Positions 26,295-36,103 of a DNA stretch of 64,000 nt are shown here, one piece after another (within the stretch, counting starts at the first letter, position 1; every line of letters begins with the position of its first letter). Both the position numbers and the translations under genes were made by a program. This DNA is from an uncultured Candidatus Poseidoniales archaeon (GTDB lineage: Archaea; Thermoplasmatota; Poseidoniia; Poseidoniales; Thalassarchaeaceae): positions 375 through 64,374 of the forward strand of contig CAZKVK010000004.1 of NCBI GenBank assembly GCA_964556195.1, given 5' to 3'. The notes under the pieces are model-generated. The model was not told the origin of the DNA. It ran no database searches and saw nothing but the letters and a program-made list of their open reading frames with translations.

Positions 26295-27122
26295 ATGATG
26301 GCGAGCCGCAGATTGCAGGCTATGTGTCTGGTTCTAGTCCTATTAGGAAGCACAATCGCCGCCCCTGCGAGTGCTCAAGCGGATGACCCCAAACAGCCGT
26401 CTGTCGATAATCCTCACATGCACTTTTGGGGCACTAGTCAACTAGACCAATGTTGGACACATTTCGATAGGAACGACTCATCAGGATCAGCATCAGAAGG
26501 CTATGGAGTGAAAACCTTCGGACAAGGAACACAAGTAGAGATAGACGTTTCTTGCCGTATCCAATCAGGTGAGACGTTCAAACAAGATATGTACGTAAAT
26601 GAAAATGGTACAATAACAGTGGAATTGTCATTCAAAATATTTTCAGATGATTGTAACGAAAATGCAGAATGTAAGGATTTGACAATCACATTATCTAGAG
26701 GAACTACCGAAGTATCTCAATTTGTCAAATCTGTTGAAACCGTGAATAATTACGAGGACTTCACAATAGAATGGGATATTCCAGTCAATGAGACAATGTA
26801 TCGTTGGAACAAGAGTGGAGAAGAACCAGTTGTAAGAATAGAATATTCCGCACCTGGAGTTTCAGGACTTCAATGTATATTTTTGGATTGTACTGGAGAA
26901 TTTTTGATGTACTACTCAAACAATGAGGAAAATTACAGCGTTGAAGCAAACTTCCCAGTTGTCAATGCATCAACTGATGGTAATGAGGGTGGCAACGGCG
27001 ACGGTGACGGCGACGGTCTACTTGGTGGAGCCGTCGGAGACGGTTTGCCTGGCTTCGGTTTAGCCGCTGGTCTTGCTGCTCTTGCGATGGCTGCAATTGC
27101 AAACACAAGGCGTGAAGAGTGA
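26295..27122 (+). CDS. Secreted PGF-CTERM-anchored putative glycoprotein
   Basis: It has the signal peptide LVLVLLGSTIAAPASAQA and six N-x-S/T sequons. A GNGDGDGDG linker precedes the C-terminal sequence PGFGLAAGLAALAMAAIANTRREE, which gives a PGF motif, a TM helix and a basic end. Confidence 0.75.
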   Translation: MMASRRLQAMCLVLVLLGSTIAAPASAQADDPKQPSVDNPHMHFWGTSQLDQCWTHFDRNDSSGSASEGYGVKTFGQGTQVEIDVSCRIQSGETFKQDMYVNENGTITVELSFKIFSDDCNENAECKDLTITLSRGTTEVSQFVKSVETVNNYEDFTIEWDIPVNETMYRWNKSGEEPVVRIEYSAPGVSGLQCIFLDCTGEFLMYYSNNEENYSVEANFPVVNASTDGNEGGNGDGDGDGLLGGAVGDGLPGFGLAAGLAALAMAAIANTRREE

Positions 27123-27125
27123 CCT

Positions 27126-28382
27126 TCACAGGTCTTCCATTCCTACTGTCGATTCTTCACCATTATCGAGGTCCTTGATGCGAACCTTTCCTTCCGCCCA
27201 CTCATCTGGCATTACCATGACTAGACGAGCCGCACCACAGCGTTCGGCGTGCTTGAAGACCCACTTCATGCGCTTATCTTCGAGAACCAAATCAACGCTT
27301 CTTCCGCCAGCTCGTAACTTACCTGCAACCTGCATCGCTGCACCTTGGAGCTCAGTTCCCATTCCGAATACAACATCACCGACTCCCGATGATAATTCAG
27401 GAAGTAGCCCCCTGTCAGAAAGAAGTTCCATGATTACCATATCTCCGAACCCAAAACCTGTGGCAGGCAAATCGTTTCCACCCAGGCTACTGATGAGTTT
27501 GTCATAACGTCCACCTCCACAGATGGCACGTAGTTTGCCCTCTCGGTCGTGTGCCTCAAACACAGGTCCAGTATAGTAAGCGAGGCCACGAACCACCGAG
27601 GCATCGAAAGACACCCAATCCGAAATTCCGTAGGAAGCACAAAGAGAGAATAGTGATTGTAATTCCATTACTGCTTCACTATCCGAGGCGAGGGCGGATG
27701 TAAGAGATTCGAAGTTTGTAATTCCAAGAACCGCCCGTATGGTCGAAATAGAATCTGAAGCTAGGCCTAAATCGCTTAACTGCGCCTCAATTACGTCTGC
27801 GGGTAGTTTATCCATTTTATCGACAACAACACATGTTTGTGCAAAGATTTCCCCTTCGATGCTTAGAGATCCAAGAACCTCTTCAAGCACTTTGCGACTA
27901 CTGATTCTGATAACTAAATCTTCTGAACTGAGGCCAATCGAAACAAAGAATTGGACGAGAACCGAAATCAACTCTGCATCGGCCTCTACTCCATGCATCC
28001 CCCATATATCGACATTCCATTGGTAATGTTCTCTGCCCCGACCTCTCTGGGTTCGCTCGTAGCGCCAGCATTGAGGGATAGAATACCACTTGAGAGGTAG
28101 TGGAAGTGCTCCTGCTCTTGCCATAACCATGCGGGCTAAGGAAGGAGTCATTTCTGGCCTTAGGGCTACTCTACGGCCTCCTTTATCTTCGAAGCTGTAT
28201 AGTTGACCAACTATTTCCTCTCCTGCCTTCCGAGTGTACAACTCTTCACTCTCTAAGACTGGGGCGTCATATTCCTCAAACCCATGTGAGCGGGCGGCTG
28301 AATGGAAGCGCTCAAAGAGCCAATTGCGAAGCCGCATATCCTCAGGATAGAAATCCCGAGTGCCGCGAACCCCCTGAGTCAT
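27126..28382 (-). CDS. hisS: Histidine--tRNA ligase
   Basis: The sequences GVRGTRDFYPEDM, LRPEMTPSLARMV, and GGGRYDKLI are class II HisRS signatures. Confidence 0.93.
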   Translation of the reverse strand: MTQGVRGTRDFYPEDMRLRNWLFERFHSAARSHGFEEYDAPVLESEELYTRKAGEEIVGQLYSFEDKGGRRVALRPEMTPSLARMVMARAGALPLPLKWYSIPQCWRYERTQRGRGREHYQWNVDIWGMHGVEADAELISVLVQFFVSIGLSSEDLVIRISSRKVLEEVLGSLSIEGEIFAQTCVVVDKMDKLPADVIEAQLSDLGLASDSISTIRAVLGITNFESLTSALASDSEAVMELQSLFSLCASYGISDWVSFDASVVRGLAYYTGPVFEAHDREGKLRAICGGGRYDKLISSLGGNDLPATGFGFGDMVIMELLSDRGLLPELSSGVGDVVFGMGTELQGAAMQVAGKLRAGGRSVDLVLEDKRMKWVFKHAERCGAARLVMVMPDEWAEGKVRIKDLDNGEESTVGMEDL

Positions 28383-28408
28383 ATCATGCAGGGGTCATCA
28401 TTCATTCT

Positions 28409-28882
28409 TCAAGCCCTACGGCTCTCGCGGAAGGTTTCGAGCCGTTCCGCCCTAGTCACTCGACCATCCGATAACGGAAACGCATACATTCTCAAACTGA
28501 GGAAGGAAAGGAAACCAAAGGCAGAGGTATTCGCTGCCCAAACCAACCAGTGATTGTAGCCTAGAGTATCAGCGAAGTAGGCTTGACTAAATGTTGAGAT
28601 CACAAGAAATACACTATAGATTAGAATCATGATAACTAGACTTCGTTTGTAATCTGAGGCAGATTCGAAAGTCAACCAGCGATGAAGAAAATGAGATTGG
28701 ATGGTGCTGATTAGGTAGGCTATAGCCCAAGCACTTCCTGCTCGGTAGGTTGCATGCAAATTTACGTCATACAAGACCCAATATATTGCGAAAAATATTG
28801 CAACATTAATGCAACCAACTGCACAGTAGTAGAGATATTCCCATAGAAGTTTGGACCAAGGATAGTCCTCGCTAACTAGCAA
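28409..28882 (-). CDS. GtrA-like 4-TM membrane protein
   Basis: 157 aa with 4 predicted TM helices. YYCAVGCINVAIFFAIYWVLY...STIQSHFLHRWLTFES resembles the GtrA family. The similarity was judged by eye only. Confidence 0.5.
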   Translation of the reverse strand: MLVSEDYPWSKLLWEYLYYCAVGCINVAIFFAIYWVLYDVNLHATYRAGSAWAIAYLISTIQSHFLHRWLTFESASDYKRSLVIMILIYSVFLVISTFSQAYFADTLGYNHWLVWAANTSAFGFLSFLSLRMYAFPLSDGRVTRAERLETFRESRRA

Positions 28883-28891
28883 ACTATTCCC

Positions 28892-30697
28892 TCACGCAAG
28901 TTCGGCCTCAATACCCGAACCGGAATGTGTTCTAGTCTCACCATAGTCATCAAGGAATGTCTCTGGCAGGTCTTCTCCAGCCTTGACAATGAATGGGTCT
29001 TCACCACCTGGTAGAGTGTCGATTGGAACTTCTGCGCCTTCGGGCACGTTCCTGTAAAGCGGTCGTGGTTCTAATGTGAAATTTCCTGAAAGTACAGCCA
29101 ATGGCCAAAAATCATCAGTAGTAGGAACAATCCGATTGATTATGATGTATCGATTTAGACCGATGAATAGGCTAGCAGTTATTCCCCAGAATAGCAAGAT
29201 GATGGAAATACCATTCGCATTTGTTGGATCCCATGGATTGTCTACATTAGCCAACATATCTGCAAAATAAGAGAGTATTAAGACACTAAACATCAGTGGG
29301 AACCCAAGATACATGATGTAATCCCACCATCTTCCAATCCACCAATCATTGTCGCCAGTGTTGATGAAATCATCACGGAACGAGGATACGCCATTTTCGA
29401 GGTAGTCCTGCAGAGAGAAGTCAGAGATATCATTCTCTTCTTGCCAGACGCGATAGCGATTCCAGCCATACTTCCAAATTGAATAAGCAATGAAAAGACC
29501 GCTAAACATTAGCCCGTATCCCCAAATGTGGTCTTGAACCTCTAGGAATTGTGGGAATGCAACACCCGTTGCATCGTCTACCAAAATCCAAGTTGCCGCA
29601 CTTGGTAATCCAAAGAGGAAGATTGCGAGGCTAGTGTATCCAACCGCTTGAGGCCTCTCGATGCCGTGATCGACGAAGTTTCGGACACAAAGCTCGACGG
29701 TGGAAATCATCGAAGTGAGTGCTGCAAAGGACAATGCTAGGAAGAACATTGCAACCATCGCTAACTGTACCACGGGTCCACCAGGAGCCTGTGCGAAGAC
29801 CTCTGGAAGAACAAGGAAGGTTATTGCACTGCTTCCGCCACTAACCGCAGCCAGTGGGTCATCGACGACAGCGAATACCGCCATCATAACGGTCAGACCT
29901 GCGATGATTGAGATGCTATTGTTTGCAAGGCACATGGTAGCAGCGTTGAGTGTTGTATCTTCGTCCTTTCTCATGTATACAGAGTACGTAATTGCCATAC
30001 CCATTCCAGCTGAACAAGACCAAGCCGATTGTGAAAGTCCGTTAATCCAAGTTTCTGGCTGGGCTAGATATTCTGGCTGAATACTGAACATGTAGACAAA
30101 TCCATCCAAACTACCGTCTTCTAGATCCATTACGAATGCTAGGAATAGCGCAGCAAATAGTAGGAAGAATAGCGATATCATCAAGCCGACGTTGACCTTT
30201 TCGATAGCCTTCGCACCTTTCCAAATTGCAAGCATGGTAATCGCAACTGCGATGGCTTGAAAGAACACCACCTCGGCCGGGTTTTGCAGGAAAGTATTCC
30301 ACACCTCAACGGTATCAACTTCTGACCCTAGACCACCCCGAATTGCAGTTTGGAAGTAGTTGATACACCAGCCTGTTACAACCGCATAATAGAAGCCTAT
30401 CGCGGTTGAGATCCATGCCGTCCAGAGGCCCATCCAAGCAAAGCGTTTACCTGCAAAAATGCGGAATGTACCAACAGTTCCTGTTCTACTTCGCTTTCCT
30501 AAAGCGAACTCTGCGATAATCAATGGAACTGACCAGAGGAATAGGAAAATCAACCAAGGAACTAGGAAAGAACCCCCTCCATTTGCACCTACCATTCTAG
30601 GGAAGCGCCAGATGTTCCCAGTACCAATCGCAGCACCAATAGTTGCGAAAATAAGGCCTAAACGGCCACTAAACTCATCTGAGCCACCCTCTGTCAT
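28892..30697 (-). CDS. Sodium-dependent transporter, neurotransmitter:sodium symporter (NSS/SNF) family
   Basis: The N-terminal signature is FATIGAAIGTGNIWRFPRMVGANGGGSFLVPWLIFLFLWSVPLIIAEFALGKRSR. The protein is polytopic. Its ATG shares one nucleotide with the TAA stop of the upstream M14 gene (TAATG at 30695-30699). Confidence 0.9.
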   Translation of the reverse strand: MTEGGSDEFSGRLGLIFATIGAAIGTGNIWRFPRMVGANGGGSFLVPWLIFLFLWSVPLIIAEFALGKRSRTGTVGTFRIFAGKRFAWMGLWTAWISTAIGFYYAVVTGWCINYFQTAIRGGLGSEVDTVEVWNTFLQNPAEVVFFQAIAVAITMLAIWKGAKAIEKVNVGLMISLFFLLFAALFLAFVMDLEDGSLDGFVYMFSIQPEYLAQPETWINGLSQSAWSCSAGMGMAITYSVYMRKDEDTTLNAATMCLANNSISIIAGLTVMMAVFAVVDDPLAAVSGGSSAITFLVLPEVFAQAPGGPVVQLAMVAMFFLALSFAALTSMISTVELCVRNFVDHGIERPQAVGYTSLAIFLFGLPSAATWILVDDATGVAFPQFLEVQDHIWGYGLMFSGLFIAYSIWKYGWNRYRVWQEENDISDFSLQDYLENGVSSFRDDFINTGDNDWWIGRWWDYIMYLGFPLMFSVLILSYFADMLANVDNPWDPTNANGISIILLFWGITASLFIGLNRYIIINRIVPTTDDFWPLAVLSGNFTLEPRPLYRNVPEGAEVPIDTLPGGEDPFIVKAGEDLPETFLDDYGETRTHSGSGIEAELA

Positions 30698-32946
30698 TAG
30701 GAGCCCTCCTTATCGAGTAGATGGCTTTGATCTTCTGGTAAGCCAATGACTCCACCTTCATCGTCGAACATTGCTCGTAAAGTGAAACCAAGTCCGCCCC
30801 AAACCATCGTTGCGATGAAAGCAAACATTAGCAAGGCCAGTATTCCAGAACCAAATGGGGCCCGATAAGGAATAGATAATTCGTAGTAATTCGCTGTGGA
30901 AGAATCTGGATATGTGAATGGGAAAGCACCATTTGTGGTTCCTAATTTTGCCTTGTACTGAATTTTACCGACCGATGTATCAGGAAGTGGTATGTAACTC
31001 TCAAGCATAGTTCCATTGGAACCATCCAGCAGTATGCACTGCTCTCCAGGCTCCATGAATGGTGATATGCTCCAAGCCACATCGACCCATTCAGTTGGAC
31101 CGTAGTCATTCTGTTGTCTATTCGGTTCGACGAATCTCCACATCAGATGGGTGCGATTGATATCAGGAGTGAATGGAAATTCCTTGTCTAGACACATTGA
31201 GATGGGTATGTCGCCCCTAGATGGAACTGTGACATTGCTTGGTTCCTGAAGCCATTGTGTTAAGGTGGTATTCTCTATTCCTACTATGGCTCGATATCTA
31301 GGGTCGTCAGCAATCTCAATCATATAGAACGGAACTCCGAGATTTCTGACCGCTATGTGGGCGATATCTTCGGGGTATTCATGGAATGCATTGCCAATTT
31401 CCATAGTGTAGCAATATGAATTGTGAACTCCATAGTGCCAGTCGCAGAAGTCTCCAGTTGTAGGATAAAGGTCGGATGATTGCATTGGAGCGTATGCAGT
31501 CATATCACCCATTCTGTATCCGTGATATTCAAGATATTCTTGGTCGGGGTTGTCACAATCCGTGCAGTGCCCCCATGGCCACAAAACTAGTTCTGAGAAA
31601 GAGTGCCATGTGAGAGTGGATTTGAAATCGGAAGCGCCATCTCCATCGTCGTCGTTCATCTCAGTCAGATCTTGGATGAACTTGGTTTCAGGCTCGCTAT
31701 TTCCACCCATCCAATCCTCATCGGTTTGACCATCGGCGTCGTCGTCCTTACCGTCAACATGGTCCTCGTTGACTAATCCATCTCCATCATTATCCTCATA
31801 ATTCACAGGTCCATTGTAGACGTCATTGTTCGGGCCAGAGGAATAACACATACCCGGGAATAGTGGACCAGTTGCGCCCAGTGGCGCACCCCACTCAAAT
31901 TGGTAGTTACGGTTTAGGTCGACTCCGTCACAGGATGGATCTACTTGTTCATCGGTATCCGGTAGAGGGGTAACGCCCGTTACTGTGTTATCTCGCAGAT
32001 TCTTTCTCCAACCGCTTCTGGGACATTCTTCCCACGCCGGACCACCATTGCAATTAGCAGGAACCCATTCTTCCATGTCATATCTGACTCCATCAGTGTT
32101 CAACATTGGAATCAAGTAGATCTCACGAGTGTCAACCATGTCTGTGATGAACTGCTCGGAGAAATCTTCGTCTACTCCTAAATCTCCAGGACCACAAGCA
32201 ATTCCATCTCCGTTGTAATCTTGTGCTGATGAATTCAAACTTAGACAATCGCCATCATTGTCGATTCCATCCCAACCGTCTTCGTCAAACAATCCATCGC
32301 CATCATTGTCGATGGCAGCCTTGCCATAGTAGTAAGCTACGGTCTCAAGGAAAAACATCGGCACCTCGAAAGACATCCATTCTCGGGCATGATGATTTCC
32401 AACCAGCATGACATCTGGGCGATCTGCGTAATTACCGTCGTCGCCATTGAATTCGTTGTATTCCCCTCCTCCTACATTAGCTGTTATCTTCATCCACGGG
32501 CTGGGGTGATTGTAGTACCAGCCCTCATATTCAGTAGATGACATTTCATCACCACGAGCGTTTACCCCACCAATAAGACCCTCGTGGAACTGGAGGAATT
32601 CTGGGTAGTAGGCAGCCAAAGTCTGCATCCTCTCTTTCATTGAGAAGTAGTCATAGTACTCACGGAACTGGAGTTTTTCGATATCACCGTGGGGCCCCCA
32701 CGGAAATATCTGATTGACATACTCGTCTGACCATATGTCCTCTGGAGCGAGATCAGATTCGGCATCTTGAGCGGATACGGGAGGTACCATTGCAATTGGA
32801 GCAGCTACTGAAAGCAAAAGCGGTAAAATTAGCGCTATGGCGGGTACTCTCCGGGCTCGATAAACCTCGTCAGAGGCCGCTATTGAATTGCTGCTCGCCA
32901 TGGGAACGTCCCGTCGACATCGTAGTCGGTATTCAATATCTCCCAA
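30697..32946 (-). CDS. Secreted, membrane-anchored zinc carboxypeptidase (peptidase M14) with Asp-rich calcium-binding-type inserts
   Basis: M14 motifs are VGNHHAREWMS (HxxE), LNTDG, GVDLNRNY, WHSFSELVLWPWG, and YTMEIG. It has a signal/anchor region and a C-terminal TM helix. DNDGDG-type repeats occur in two blocks. An alternative start is the ATG at 32901. Confidence 0.85.
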   Translation of the reverse strand: MGDIEYRLRCRRDVPMASSNSIAASDEVYRARRVPAIALILPLLLSVAAPIAMVPPVSAQDAESDLAPEDIWSDEYVNQIFPWGPHGDIEKLQFREYYDYFSMKERMQTLAAYYPEFLQFHEGLIGGVNARGDEMSSTEYEGWYYNHPSPWMKITANVGGGEYNEFNGDDGNYADRPDVMLVGNHHAREWMSFEVPMFFLETVAYYYGKAAIDNDGDGLFDEDGWDGIDNDGDCLSLNSSAQDYNGDGIACGPGDLGVDEDFSEQFITDMVDTREIYLIPMLNTDGVRYDMEEWVPANCNGGPAWEECPRSGWRKNLRDNTVTGVTPLPDTDEQVDPSCDGVDLNRNYQFEWGAPLGATGPLFPGMCYSSGPNNDVYNGPVNYEDNDGDGLVNEDHVDGKDDDADGQTDEDWMGGNSEPETKFIQDLTEMNDDDGDGASDFKSTLTWHSFSELVLWPWGHCTDCDNPDQEYLEYHGYRMGDMTAYAPMQSSDLYPTTGDFCDWHYGVHNSYCYTMEIGNAFHEYPEDIAHIAVRNLGVPFYMIEIADDPRYRAIVGIENTTLTQWLQEPSNVTVPSRGDIPISMCLDKEFPFTPDINRTHLMWRFVEPNRQQNDYGPTEWVDVAWSISPFMEPGEQCILLDGSNGTMLESYIPLPDTSVGKIQYKAKLGTTNGAFPFTYPDSSTANYYELSIPYRAPFGSGILALLMFAFIATMVWGGLGFTLRAMFDDEGGVIGLPEDQSHLLDKEGS

Positions 32947-32976
32947 CTCGGTCCATAGGACCGACGCGGGATTTAT

Positions 32977-34116
32977 GTGGAGTTGGTTGTCGGCAAAACC
33001 ATGCAGGATAGCGAGGAGACTGTCGGAGAGGGCGCCGGATTCCCGGCTGAAATGTTGAATGACATAATGGCTGGAGAGGATATTTTTCTCGGATTTTCTG
33101 GCGGCACAATGGGTGTAGTAATCGGCTTAATCGCAATCTCTGTGCTCGGTGGAGTTATCTCCCGGAGGTTCCTGTTCCCTAGAATTATGGATTTGATTTC
33201 AAAATCGGATAGAATTGATGGCAAAACATTGCTTGCGCCAAAATCACTCGGTTGGATGATGGGATTCCTAATCTTCTCCGAAGTGATGTCTTGGTTACAG
33301 AATAACTGCGAGCCGATATGGGATGCTTCCATCGCTGAGAATGTCATTGAGTGGTCCTTCACCTTGTTCTTGCTTGGGATGTTGCTTGCAGCATACCGCC
33401 TAGTCGACTATCTCGATGCTTTCATTGTCATTGAAGGAGAAGAGAACGCGGCTAGCAGACGCTCACTTGCAAGCGTCGCTGAATCGGTTGGGCACCTCGT
33501 AGTTGCACTTCTAGCCGCATTCGTTGTTGCAGGACTATTCGGACTGAATCTGAATGGGCTAATTGCCGGTTTGGGTATCACCGGTCTTGCACTAGCATTG
33601 GCTGCTAGAGACAGTGTTGCAAACATCTTCGGTGCTATTTCGATAATCATCGATCAACCATTCAACGTTGGAGATTGGATTCTAGTTGACGACATTGAGG
33701 GTGAGGTGGTGCAGATTGGTCTACGAACTACCCTGATAAGATCCTCGGCTGACACATTAATTACCGTTCCAAATTCAAATTTGGTAAATTCACCAGTTGA
33801 GAATTTTAGTCAGCGAAGATTTCGAAGAATTCAACCCAGCTTCGAGTTTGAAGCAGACTCAGATCCTACTGCCCTGAGGACCTTCTGCGAGAACTTATTG
33901 GCTAAAGTAAAGGATGACCCTAGGGCAGTAAAAGACGATGATTCTTGGGTGAAGGTAAACGCATTCGGACCTTCAATGGTAACCGTATCTTGCAACTTCT
34001 ATTCCGTACAATCTGCTTCGTCCCAACGTGAAATGACCGAGTACATACTACTGCTTGCCAAGGAAATCGCAGCAGATTGTAGCCTAACATTCCATGAACC
34101 GCGCCTACGTCGCTGA
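32977..34116 (+). CDS. Small-conductance mechanosensitive channel (MscS family)
   Basis: The sequence NIFGAISIIIDQPFNVGDWILVDDIEGEVVQIGLRTTLIRSSADTLITVPNSNL is the MscS beta-domain signature, with TM helices upstream. The track start is GTG; the first ATG is at 33001. Confidence 0.85.
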   Translation: MELVVGKTMQDSEETVGEGAGFPAEMLNDIMAGEDIFLGFSGGTMGVVIGLIAISVLGGVISRRFLFPRIMDLISKSDRIDGKTLLAPKSLGWMMGFLIFSEVMSWLQNNCEPIWDASIAENVIEWSFTLFLLGMLLAAYRLVDYLDAFIVIEGEENAASRRSLASVAESVGHLVVALLAAFVVAGLFGLNLNGLIAGLGITGLALALAARDSVANIFGAISIIIDQPFNVGDWILVDDIEGEVVQIGLRTTLIRSSADTLITVPNSNLVNSPVENFSQRRFRRIQPSFEFEADSDPTALRTFCENLLAKVKDDPRAVKDDDSWVKVNAFGPSMVTVSCNFYSVQSASSQREMTEYILLLAKEIAADCSLTFHEPRLRR

Positions 34117-34134
34117 GATTGAGAGGCACACTTC

Positions 34135-34734
34135 ATGACAATACTTGTACTAATTAGGCACGGCCAATCGGTATGGAATGCTGCCAATCGGTTCACTGGT
34201 TGGACAGATGTTGAACTCTCAGAAAAAGGAGAGATTGAGGCCGCGACCGCTGGAGAACAATTGGCCGATGTGCGGTTTGACATAGTTCACACGAGCTTAT
34301 TGATTCGAGCTCAGCGGACCGCTGAGATTGTAATGAGCAAGAACCGAGTGTCAGGAGAAATTCCTACCAAAGAGGATGAGCGACTCAATGAGAGACATTA
34401 TGGTGACTTGCAAGGGCTCAATAAGGCCGAGACAGCGGAAATTCACGGAGCTGAACAGGTTCATATCTGGAGGCGTTCTTTTGACGTACCTCCACCCGGT
34501 GGTGAATCTTTGGAAATGACCGCTGAGAGGACAATTCCATATTTTGTCGAGGAAATCATCCCTGATCTTGATTCTGGAATGAATGTCCTAGTAGCCGCTC
34601 ATGGTAATTCATTACGTTCAATCGTAATGCATATCGAAGGTATTTCACCTGAAGATATTACCATCCTTGAGATCCCAACTGGAATCCCAATGAACTACGA
34701 ATTTGTCAATGGCAAAATCAGCCGAATAGAGTGA
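34135..34734 (+). CDS. gpmA: 2,3-bisphosphoglycerate-dependent phosphoglycerate mutase (histidine phosphatase family)
   Basis: LIRHGQSVWNAANRFTGWTDVELSEKG and ERHYGDLQGLNK are dPGM signatures. The HGNSLR motif is also present. Confidence 0.85.
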   Translation: MTILVLIRHGQSVWNAANRFTGWTDVELSEKGEIEAATAGEQLADVRFDIVHTSLLIRAQRTAEIVMSKNRVSGEIPTKEDERLNERHYGDLQGLNKAETAEIHGAEQVHIWRRSFDVPPPGGESLEMTAERTIPYFVEEIIPDLDSGMNVLVAAHGNSLRSIVMHIEGISPEDITILEIPTGIPMNYEFVNGKISRIE

Positions 34735-35961
34735 TCAATGAATTGGCTCTTCAGCAGGTGGTGCTGCTGAGTGATATCGATAACGGAGGAATATCGCGGA
34801 AGCGATCATGATTATTGGAATGGATGGAAATAATACATCTCCCTCCATTGTAAGTTTAATCCAATTACCCAAACCTATTACTCCCAAAATACCAGACATT
34901 GTGGAACCGGCGGAGATTATTCTAGAATTGAAAAGTGACTTTTGTAACAGAGGAACTTTTTCAATAATACTGACTGCGGGTTCTGGCCTACCCGATTGAT
35001 GAGATACTGCCTCAACTACATCAAGCAATGCTTGTTCATATTCCCAAATTACCACTCCACCGGTGTGGGCACTAAGGGACCTCTTACTACACCATTTTTG
35101 TGGTGCTGTAGACGACCACCCATGAATCAAAGCGGACCTTAATTGGCTTAGTTCTAACTCGGTATCTGAATTCCAATGCAGGCGAGATAAGTCGTGCAAT
35201 AGGCTTGCCAAATCACGAATTGCTGGAAGATCAAGATTTGTTTCGATTAAACCATGGGAAAGCCTAGAAGGCCCTAATCTGATTGTCATCTTTCCAGTCT
35301 CATCTTCGGAGAACATTCTGAAACGAACATCTCCGAGACTGAGAGTCGCTGGAGCACCACGAGTAAATGGCGCTCGCCAAAGAGCAGCGGCTTTCAGTCG
35401 CTGTTCGATTTCTCCAAATCTCTCATTCCATCGCTTCTGATCCGGGGGATTTGTCCATTCCTCTTCGGCGGCTGTGTGGTAATCTCCTAGTTTGGCCCCA
35501 CAACGATATATGAGTGTCTTAGCTGACTTCAAGTCATTACGCTGAAGATGATCCCTAAGAACTGACTTTGCATCGATACTTACCTCATCATCCCTACGTA
35601 GGAGAATTAAATCCACATCATCATGATGAAACCCTCCACAAGGTACTTTCGAGCCTTCAGGGGCAATACGTGAGCGTGGTCTAAGGTTTGGACCACCCCA
35701 TGGTTGTACCTCGGCTATCCAACTACCATTCACTGCTTCTATCCAGTAGACTGGCCCTCTATCTGTAACCTCTACTCGTATACTGCTTACTTCATCTGGA
35801 ACTTCCCCCCAGGCTTCCAGCCCTTCAGTTGCAGTATTCCAACCCTCAACGCTAGCAAACGATTCTTCTGGCTCAAGCAAGTTTAACCTGAATCTCATTC
35901 CTCTCATCAAGTGGGGTGTAAAACCTAGAGGAGGCTCTCTATCACAGTCGACCTCAACCAT
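34735..35961 (-). CDS. Hypothetical protein with a C-terminal membrane anchor; weak kinase-like (APH/ChoK-type) resemblance
   Basis: I call the start at the ATG at 35961 (alternatives 35907 and 35898). The first 168 codons of the 576-aa track ORF are low-complexity and run antisense through the HAD gene. Two C-terminal TM helices are present. The segment LSLGDVRFRMF...DLPAIRDLASLL is only loosely like a phosphotransferase core. Confidence 0.5.
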   Translation of the reverse strand: MVEVDCDREPPLGFTPHLMRGMRFRLNLLEPEESFASVEGWNTATEGLEAWGEVPDEVSSIRVEVTDRGPVYWIEAVNGSWIAEVQPWGGPNLRPRSRIAPEGSKVPCGGFHHDDVDLILLRRDDEVSIDAKSVLRDHLQRNDLKSAKTLIYRCGAKLGDYHTAAEEEWTNPPDQKRWNERFGEIEQRLKAAALWRAPFTRGAPATLSLGDVRFRMFSEDETGKMTIRLGPSRLSHGLIETNLDLPAIRDLASLLHDLSRLHWNSDTELELSQLRSALIHGWSSTAPQKWCSKRSLSAHTGGVVIWEYEQALLDVVEAVSHQSGRPEPAVSIIEKVPLLQKSLFNSRIISAGSTMSGILGVIGLGNWIKLTMEGDVLFPSIPIIMIASAIFLRYRYHSAAPPAEEPIH

Positions 35962-36103
35962 TGCGGCTGGACGCCATGCGCTGTTGAAGGGTGAATCAGA
36001 CTGCGACACGACCGGGCGAAGGACAATGAGGGCTTGATGGAATCGGTTGGGGGACTTCTGTACATTCCAAAGGCTTGAATCGGGGTTGGTTAGACGATTG
36101 ACT

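Noticed and set aside
26985-27020. GGC/GAC-rich short tandem repeat (ggcaacggcgacggtgacggcgacggt).
   Set aside because: It simply encodes the GNGDGDGDG linker of the PGF-CTERM protein. It is not a CRISPR or satellite array.
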